Assembly (NCBI GenBank): GCA_964016885.1 | Contig: OZ024742.1 | Coordinates: 176,204,001 to 176,268,000 of the forward strand | DNA: 64,000 nucleotides | Direction of reading: 5' to 3' | Source of the DNA: Eledone cirrhosa | Taxonomy: Eukaryota | Shown: in pieces, positions 55,014 to 64,000 of the stretch | Layout of the letters: each line of letters opens with the position of its first letter | Position numbering within the stretch: the stretch's first letter is position 1 | The notes under the pieces: model-generated | Database searches by the model: none | Seen by the model: the letters and a program-made list of their open reading frames with translations, nothing else | What the model was told of the DNA's origin: nothing | Translations under genes and position numbers: made by a program

Positions 55014-55869
55014 TCTATATATATAAAACTGTGGTTGTCTGTCTGTCTATCGATTTTTTGCACACATCTCCTCTTAGAATCTCTCACGGAATTGCACCGA
55101 AATTGCTATACTTGTACATTGAGCCCTAGCGAAGACATCGGAAAAAAATAATTTCAAATTGACCCACCCTATGTGACGAAATCGAATATAATGTATCGAT
55201 TTTTGAGCGTAAGTGATCAGTTATTTCCCTTTGTTCTGTTTACATTGAGCGTCTGCGTGCAAAAATTAAAAACATTACGCTGGCTTTCTCAGCGTTTAAA
55301 ATGACATTAACACAATACACGATTTAAAGACTACGTAAAACAAGCCCTTTAAAACAATATTTTTACTTGAAAACAAGTCTATTTAAAAACTACTTAAAAC
55401 AAGCAAATATTTCGTAAAAAAAAGCAAAAATTATATAAGTTTATATAAAATATATGTATCTGTAAATTTCGTTAGGCGTGCAGACAGACAGTCGTGCAGA
55501 GAGGTGATATAGGCGTGCAGACAGACAGTCGTGCAGAGAGGTGATATAGGCGTGCAGACAGACATAACTGATAATTTGGTTACGCTAATGTTTTTCTCTG
55601 CGTTGCAGTGTTTACATTTTCGATCTTTGTTAATAAATAACCAGTGCAGTTTCTATCCCCAGCATCCTCTTTTGTTATAACATTCGGGTTATCGTTATGT
55701 TTTCTTAACTTCATAAGGCATATTGTTGGTTGAGGGAATATTAATCAAAAACACCACATGCAAGTCTGCACAGTAGACACTACAGTTTTTAAGCCAAGAA
55801 AGAAACTTAACATTGTAACTTTAACACAGCTACTGAGCGACCCCGAGCAACGCCGGGCTTTACTGCTAG
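55014..55869 (+). mobile_element. Non-autonomous Helitron
   Basis: Starts A|TCTATATATATAAAA with (GTCT)n near the 5' end; subterminal hairpin CCCGAGCAACGCCGGG and CTAG|T end. Internal tandem repeat at 55473-55563. Confidence 0.85.
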
Positions 55870-56104
55870 TTTGATATAAATACTTTAACATTTAGATTAC
55901 TCTGTATATATTATAATATTTTGATGGTAAAGGCTTTACCTGACATAATTATTTAACATAATAGTGAATTTATGAGATTTTGATATTATTTAATTTTAAA
56001 ATGATACTTTAACATCAGTATGAGTGATCAGTTACAGCCGGTTTGAACAGAAAGAGGTGAAGGAATTCTGGCCGAATATGACTGGTTTAAATGACAAAGA
56101 ATTG

Positions 56105-56262
56105 TAGTTGGCACAAGGCCAGCAATTATCCCAGTGCAATACTGGTACTTTATTTCATCGACCCCCGTAACGTTAACCTCGGCGGGATTTGAACTCAAAC
56201 CGTAAAGGGGCGAAACTCTATGCTGCAAAGCAGGGCGTCTGACCCTCTTCTGATTATGCCAA
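56105..56262 (-). mobile_element. SINE family B
   Basis: Matches 52735-52895 with a short internal deletion. Confidence 0.8.
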
Positions 56263-56974
56263 GGTAATAACTCTAAATATAAATGAACTTAACAATCCAA
56301 TAAATATAAATTGATAAAAATAAGTACAAGAAAAGGTACTGGGGTTGATTGACTGAAAAACCCTTGAATCCTTGGTCACAAGCCAGTGACCAATTTTACA
56401 TATCACTCTGGTAATACTCATACCCATTTTAATTTCTCTCTTAAGGGAATGCTAGTTAAAGATATAAAACATTTGTTTTATGCCTTGAGGCTCATCAGAT
56501 CAGACCCTATCCTGATTCTGTTGGTATTAAGTGACTGTGAGTACAGGTCTTCACCTGGAGCTAATCTTCAGTTTCTGCTCCTGATATTCATTTCTGCTGG
56601 ACTAACTACAGCAAGATGAAATGAAGTGTCTTGCTCAAGGATATAAAATCCTGCCCAATGCAGAAATTGAAACAACCACCACCACCACCATCACCATCAT
56701 CATTTTTATGCCTGCTTTTCCAGGCTTGAATGGGTTGGACAGGTCCTTAACTGCACAATATTTCTCCACTCATCCCATTCTTTCAATATCCCTGTGAGCT
56801 TCAGCTATTTGTGGTCATCTCTCACCAATTTTGCCCAGGCCTTTCTTGGTTTTCCTCTTCTCCAGCTTCCTTCCATTGGGATTTCCTGGCACTTTTTCAC
56901 CCAACAAACATCATCCATATGCATCATATATCCATTCCATTGCAGCACAAATCACAATCTTACAATTGGAAGCT

Positions 56975-57567
56975 GTTTGTGTGAATAAATGTGTAACTGC
57001 ATACATATATGAATGTATGTATGTGTATGTATTTGTATGTATCAATGTGTACGTATGCTTGTATATATCTTGTGTACATATGCTTGTATGTATCAATATG
57101 TACGTATGCTTGTATATATCAATGTGTACGTATGCTTGTATATAAACACTCTAACCATTAAGGTATGCTCTTTCATAAGAATCGGACTAGCTACCTATGT
57201 AAATATTCTGGTTTCCTTATAGCAATAGAAAATAAATATTGCTGCCCCTTTTTATTTATTTATCCCTAAGGAATAAAATATCTATCACTGTTTTCTCCAC
57301 CCTGAAGTCTTCATCGCTTCCAGCAATTTATTAAGTAATTTAAGTCTTTGAGCAAATATTTAGCATTCATATTGAACATTTTTCACTCTTTTCAATGACC
57401 ACACATACACATATATCCATACATACATATGCATGCACACATGCACATTCATACATATACACATACATGCATATATACAGGCATACGTACACATCGATAC
57501 ATACAAATACATACACATACATACATTCATATATGTATGCAGTTACACATTTATTCACACAAACACA
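56975..57567. repeat. Inverted repeat with ~95-bp low-complexity arms
   Basis: 56975-57068 is the reverse complement of 57471-57565. Confidence 0.75.
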
Positions 57568-57999
57568 ATCATACATACACATGCATAAATACATACATGA
57601 ATGGACATATACATACATGCAAACTTTGATGCAAGCAATCACACATACGGGGTGGTAGACAATTATATTTAAGTTGAATACTATCTCCAACAGTAATTTC
57701 ACAACAACTAGCTTTGTTAAATAACTGAATATTCTTCTAATTATATTTATTGAAGATGCATTTTATTCGAAATTGTAGAAATATCCATCCAAATATTGAA
57801 TTCACCTTACAGGGAGTTATTACTATCAACATAGCTCAGCATAACAACATCAACAACACTAGTGAGGAATCAAAGAAAAACAACAATGAGAAAAGTAAAC
57901 AGAATTGTTTTAGTTGTAGTTACAGAAGGAAGCAAAACTATAAATTGCATTTTTCTTGAAGATATGAACTCAATAATAACCTATTTAATTGCTATAAAA

Positions 58000-59070
58000 T
58001 GGCAAAACAAATAAGACCCCTTTGTTGGCTATACGAACAAAATAAAGCTGCACTGGGGTGAACTTCACCTAGAGCTAAATTAAATCACAGCTAAACAACT
58101 GCACAAACAAGCAACGTTTGTTAAATATAAAAAAACACAAAGATTTAAAACAATAATGAAAGTGTGAATCTTCTACAAATAACAACACTAAGTGAGCATT
58201 CGTCTAGATCAGGCATACAATCAAGAAGTGTCACAATAGGTCGCTATGTTACTAGGATTTCTTGTAGCCAGTGTGCCCATCAAAAGTGAACAACAGCAAT
58301 ACACAGTCTCTTGAAACAGCCATGCCTATGACAAATTTGACACCATGACAAATTTTACATTGACTGCTATATCTCGCAGCCATGATAACCATCAGTATCA
58401 AAATAACATGAATGATTATAAGTCTAGAAATAGCTGGAAAAGTGAACAGTACAAACAGATAAAAAATGTATCCTGAGTGAAACTTTCCCAAAAGAGATTA
58501 ATTTATGCATGAAACTTTCTCTTGGAAAAAGACTTAACACAACAATATTAAACAAGAAACCAAATGAGAAAGTTCGACATGCTATCTACAAAATCAGAGG
58601 TGAATATTTTCAACAAATTAAAGCTCCTACATTTTGGCAAATTAATGTTTGTCTACATGCATTAACAAGAACAGTGAAGCATGATCTTGGGGATAATGTA
58701 GATGTTAGCAGAATGAAAACAACACAAAATATGCCATCGTATATTTTAAAAATAGAAAAAATAAATATTGCCATGTGATAATACTTATCACATATAAACA
58801 AAAACCAAAAAATATACTTTTCACTAACAAAGTGAAAAATAAAATAGAAATGGTGTTTGGAGACAGTACAACCAGAATGCTTCAATAAAAGTTGATCACC
58901 CTCAAACAAGAATCGAGGGTTGTCAGAGGGATACAAAAGAGAGTGGCTGCAAGGAAAATGGTTAATGAAAGATTCAGCCGAAACCAAACATCACTCTATA
59001 GAGAGACGAGGGGCATGTCAATAAATGTCACTGAGGTTCCATCCCAGAAAGACATAGATTCTATTTTGGA
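58000..59070 (+). mobile_element. Decayed R4/Dong-like non-LTR N-terminal region
   Basis: GYTNKIKLHWGELHLEL..ITAKQL, TFWQINVCLHA and LKQ..R..NERFSRNQTSLYR..EVPSQKDIDS resemble pre-RT motifs of R4/Dong elements (from recall, not searched). Confidence 0.5.
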
Positions 59071-60251
59071 CTAACAGCTGGTATACTGGCTGTCTCTTTG
59101 AAGGATATGCTTTTGCAATCCAAGAACAGGAAATAACAATGAAATTCCTGATCCACAAAAAAGATAGGAATGCAGGCAAAACTTTTAGATCTAACATGTG
59201 CTGCAGACTCTGCAGTAAACATCAAGATTGGTAGTATCGTGATCACAATCTCAATAATTAATATTGATCACCAGTTATCGTTTTGGTAATAAGCATCTTA
59301 AGACCTTGATTCCCTTCATCAGTATGGTTCAGTCTTGGCTGTCATTTATCTTAGGGAGAACTTTTGAAAATGTTCTTCACATAGTGTTAAGATAATGTTT
59401 AACAGAAAGGTAGATAAAATATAACTGGCTTTAAAGATTGGTAGAAAGACTTCCAAGCAAGTCCACTTTAGACAATTCAAACTAATGTAGACAAGTTAGG
59501 AGTAGAAATATAAGATTATAAATAGAAATTAAGAGTATACATTTGAAAATGAGAAAACTCATCGCTAGGGAACAGCCGTTAAAACAGTTAAATGCTCTCA
59601 AAAGCAGCGATGGGCAAAAATGCTTCAGAGCACAGAGACCAGCAGCCAGTGATCGACAGAGAGGGACGATCCATGGGATGGGGGGGGGGGGGGGGGGCAG
59701 GCTGATGAAACAAAACAGATTGAAAGAGGAACAGGACAAGGAGAATGTGTTGGCACATAGAAGTGACTGGAAAACGGAAATAAAGAAAGGTGATATATAA
59801 ATCAAGATCACACACACACATCTTCAGCTTCATCAGCTCACAAACCAGCAAAATGGTTTCGCACAATCTGATTGAGAATACCATTTCCGTATGATAGATA
59901 GTGCAAGCAGGGAAAAGCGGGCGTAATATGATGATGATGATGATGAGATGATGATGATGTGTGTGTGTATGTCTGTGTGCATGTATGGTGTGTGTTTCTA
60001 TATGGGGACAGATTGTTTGAGTAATTAAAATACTGGAATGGTTTGAGTGAGTTGTTTGAATACTGCACCTGAGTTCACTTTTGTCTTTCATCATTTCCAG
60101 ATTGATAAATGAATACCATTCCAGTACTAGGCTAATTATTACTCTATATCACCATCTCACATCCTCCAAAAAGTTGGCTGTGTTCACTAAAGTGCCCCTA
60201 TGACTCCACCAGGAGTTACGGGTGTATACACACAAACACACACACACACAC

Positions 60252-60295
<44 letters not shown>

Positions 60296-60302
<7 letters not shown>

Positions 60303-61191
60303 GATAAGCAGAACAAGTAAAATTCAACCAATTTTTTTAAATAAATTAAAAAATATAATATAAATATTTACCTCTTCTAATGGCCCTTACTGATCAGTTT
60401 CGCTTTGTAAAACCCCAGAAGCCAATGGATATCTGATGGAAAACCAAAGCTCATCAGAGAAGCATTTTCCTTTCCTAGGGCTAAACGACCCAGTAAACTG
60501 ATCAGTAAGGGCCATTAGAAGAGGTAAATATTTATATTATATTTTTTAATTTTATTTTTAAAAATTGGTTGAATTTTACTTGTTCTGCTTATCTTAATAT
60601 TAAAGTTCTCGTATATCAAATTAATACCATTGAACAACCTTGAATCATAGACAACCTATGTATTTCTAGGGGTACTTAGTATCTTTGGACATATTAACTT
60701 CATTCATTAACCTCCGTTATGTAGAGAAAAAATCTGTTGTTCTATTTAGCTGCTATTTTTTTAGTAGTAATTATAGACAGCAAGTCTGTGGTTTTCCCGC
60801 TTTTACTTCGGTCCGGTTTACATACAGGTGACTTTAAAGACCTTTCGGACCTGTATTAGCTGGCAGGAGGTCATATATTTTATCGTTCCTAGGTCGTTTA
60901 GCCCTAGGAAAGGAAAATGCTTCTCTGATGAGCTTTGGTTTTACATCAGATATCCATTGGATTCTGGGGTTTTACAAAGCGAAACTGATCAGTAAGGGCC
61001 ATTAGAAGAGGTAAATGTTTATATTATATCTTTTAATTTATTTTAAAAAATTGGTTGAATTTTACTTGTTCTGCTTATCTTAATATTAAAGTTCTGGTAT
61101 ATCAAATTAATACCATTGAACAACCTTGAATCATAGACAACCTATGTATTTCTAGGGGTACTTAGTATCTTTGGACATATTAACTTCATTC

Positions 61192-61195
<4 letters not shown>
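60296..61195 (+). mobile_element. Retrozyme-like non-coding element: inverted partial copy plus ~1.4 tandem copies of a 487-bp monomer
   Basis: 60495-60709 repeats at 60982-61195; 60296-60490 is the reverse complement of 60892-61086; (TA)n on both sides. Confidence 0.85.
60919..61000 (+). ncRNA. Hammerhead ribozyme; mirror copy at ~60383-60462
   Basis: ttct-CTGATGA-gctttg..caaagc-GAAA-ctgatca-GTA-aggg; ACTGATCAGT palindromic stem III. Confidence 0.85.
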
Positions 61196-61267
<72 letters not shown>

Positions 61268-61617
61268 TATCTTTATATAGTGAGTCTCTTGCCAATACTT
61301 TCCTTCAGTAAAAGTCCAGTCTTACATTGTGACATGATTTTATCCTCTAAATTTTCTATATTTTTGTTTGTTATTCTAAGTTTTTCTTGATATTGTTTTT
61401 TTTATTCTTCCAATGTTTTTTCATAGAATTTTCTTCCTTCTCGAGTTGATTTCTGGCAGTTGAAGTAGGAATTTCTGAAAGAGAAGGAGAAGAGGAAGAA
61501 GATCAATGCAATATAACTGAAATCGTGGTGGGTGGGGGTGGGGTGAGAAGGGAGAGTTCATGGAAAAAATAACATTATAGTGAAAGGGAAGATATTAATA
61601 GTAGTAGTTTTAATAAT

Positions 61618-61654
<37 letters not shown>

Positions 61655-62065
61655 TAATCTTATTAATAACGATATAAATTCAATAATGATAATAAACATG
61701 ATGATGGTTATAGTGATGGTAGTGGTGGTGGTTTTGCCACAAATAACAGTTGGTGATGAAGATGATAATAAAAAGAAAATGAATGCTTAATAATAAATTG
61801 AATTTTCTATTATTGATTTATTGATTAGTTTCCAAGCATAGAGTCCCTGGATCTTTAGGCCATGAGGAAGAATACTATAGTTTAGAGTTAAAGAGGAAAT
61901 GGCAAGTGATGCTTATATGTGTGTGTAAATATAGATATAAACACACATACAAACACTTATTCATATATATATATAAATGAAAGTTAGAGTTAATAACTCA
62001 TACTGAAACCCTGTAATTAACAAGCTCAAAGTATAAATACTGAGCATTATAATAATATATGTATG

Positions 62066-62257
62066 TGGCCGTGAATTGGAAGTATCGGTAAAGGGTTGGA
62101 CACCATGCTTTCTAGCATAGTTACGTCCCTTTACAGTCTGAGTTCAAATCCCGCCGAGGTTAACTTAGCCTTTCATCCTTACGGGGTCGATAAAATAAAA
62201 GTACCAGTAATGTACTGGGTAATTTTGCTGGCCTTATGCCTAAAGTAGAAACAATTA
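62066..62257 (+). mobile_element. SINE family B
   Basis: Collinear with 19890-20075. Confidence 0.9.
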
Positions 62258-62794
62258 TAATAATATATGTAGTAAGAAACACAGAAAACCGTGCATCTAA
62301 TATTACGAGGGTTGAAGAAACACATTTGTTTGAAATATTTAACCATGAAGCAGACAGAATAATAAAATTAAATTATATTATACAAACCGCCTCAATAACT
62401 ATTATATCTCTCGGACAGATTAGGGATTAATCTGCTTCGCCCTGAGTGTGTTTGTAACAGATAATCCACGGGCATCATCAGCGACAGAATCTGATTAAAT
62501 GCGACAAAGACCTAGTACTAACGTTTACACAGAAAAATGAATTCATCACCTCGTGTGCCGTAAGTCAAAGTGGTGTGGGTGTATTGGTTAGAAATAACAG
62601 TCCAACACAGGCGACTTAATAAGCTCACCTCTGTCCGAGAGATATAATAGTTATTGAGGCGGTTTGTATAATATAATTTTATTTTATTTTATCATTCTGC
62701 TGCTTCATGGTTAAATATGTCAAACAAATGTGGTTCTTCAACCCTCGTAATATTAGACGCACGATTTACTGTGTTTCCTACTACATATATTATA
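62258..62794 (-). mobile_element. Fold-back element with hammerhead at 62410-62486
   Basis: Arms 62258-62419 and 62630-62794. Minus strand reads tcg-CTGATGA-tgccc..gggc-GAAG-cagatta-atccc-taatct-GTC-cga. Confidence 0.75.
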
Positions 62795-62817
62795 TATATA
62801 TAGATATATATATATGC

Positions 62818-62983
<166 letters not shown>

Positions 62984-63049
62984 ATATATATATGCGTGTA
63001 TATATATATATATATATGGGTATATATATAATATATATATGTATACATT

Positions 63050-64000
63050 AAACTACATCCAATGGCAAGGCTCCAGTTCGGGAGTTCAGGAGATGTGGGG
63101 AATGTGGAGTTACCCCTTAGTTGTCATGACTCCCAGGTCTGTCTTGGCCCGGGGTGGTAGTACCTGTTAGGGCTCCATTTATGGGTTAAATAACTACCTT
63201 ATTCGAGTGGCGCCGGTAAGGTATTGTCAGCCATTGAAAAGAAATATGGAGAGTCGATCTAACAGCACTAGGGTTAGAGCCCCTAATTACACTGTCAAGG
63301 AGCAACCTGGTCGTTATGACTCTGTTGGCTTAGAGCCACAGAGAGGGCCAGTGGATGATGGATCAGCTGTCTCTGAGACAAATATAAAGAATGCAGTTTT
63401 GTCCTGCAGAAGAGCCATCAAAATGGACAATATGAATGTGAGGACTATTCGGACGCTGGAGAAGAGAGAGGAGTTGGGACATCTATTCGAGGAGAGTGGT
63501 ATACAGATACTTGCGATCCAAGAACACAGGATTCTACACGATGATCTCGTGAGGAGTGTGATGATCGGGAGGAAGAGCCAGCTCATCACTACATCGGCAG
63601 TTAAGAACACAACAAATGCTGCAGTACGAGGAGTGGGTTTTGTGTTCAGTGCAAAAACCAATCTGTTGGTGAGGGAAATAATGGCTATCTCCCCGCGAGT
63701 GTTGAGGGTGACCGTCAATGGAAACCCAAGACTGACAGTCATCTCAGCCTATAGTCCAACCGAGGGGGACAGTGATGTGAATGCGGAAGAGTTCCATGAG
63801 GAGGTGTGTAGAGCTGTCAACACCACTCAGGCACACAATATCCTGCTTGTTTTGGGGGACTTCAATGCACATCTGAGTAAGGAGGGCAGTGAAGATCCTT
63901 GCTGGTACTTCCATAACAACACCAACCGAAATGGAAGACTACTGAGAGACACCCTGCTGGAAGCGAACTTGATGGCGACCAACCTAGGGTTTAGGAAGAA
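63050..64000 (+). mobile_element. 5' end of RTE-like LINE family 2 (continues beyond the window)
   Basis: GC-richer 5' UTR after a TA tract; 63913-64000 matches the reverse complement of 13805-13892. Confidence 0.9.
63246..64000 (+). CDS. APE endonuclease domain, frame open to the window edge (absent from the ORF track)
   Basis: ATG at 63246: MESRSNS..MNVRTIR..LAIQEHR..GVGF..VISAYSPT..LGDFNAH..NTNRNG; no stop found in manual translation. Confidence 0.85.
   Translation, partial: MESRSNSTRVRAPNYTVKEQPGRYDSVGLEPQRGPVDDGSAVSETNIKNAVLSCRRAIKMDNMNVRTIRTLEKREELGHLFEESGIQILAIQEHRILHDDLVRSVMIGRKSQLITTSAVKNTTNAAVRGVGFVFSAKTNLLVREIMAISPRVLRVTVNGNPRLTVISAYSPTEGDSDVNAEEFHEEVCRAVNTTQAHNILLVLGDFNAHLSKEGSEDPCWYFHNNTNRNGRLLRDTLLEANLMATNLGFRK

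Overview
This is AT-rich animal genomic DNA with no recognisable host protein-coding gene. The repeat content (tRNA-derived SINEs with (ATG)n tails, RTE LINEs, dense TA/TG microsatellites) suggests an octopus-like cephalopod; that species call is inference. Almost all ORF-track entries are microsatellite artefacts. The window is a nest of mobile elements, mostly inserted in (TA)n. It holds at least three Penelope-like (PLE) lineages with RT and/or GIY-YIG domains, including a near-complete Naiad-like copy (27197-33887). It also holds a near-intact RTE LINE with one frameshift (46604-50945), a second RTE-like family (11480-13892 and 63050-64000), two SINE families, two non-autonomous Helitrons, a mariner relic, a piggyBac-type MITE and an R4/Dong-like relic. 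The most striking signal is non-coding: about 18 loci carry minimal hammerhead-ribozyme cores (CUGANGA...GAAA...NUH) in mostly unrelated short sequences. Many of these form fold-back or partial tandem structures between (TA)n tracts. They include a 487-nt retrozyme-like monomer and a family with a compensatory U3-A8 core. All calls were made by eye; no alignments or searches were run.
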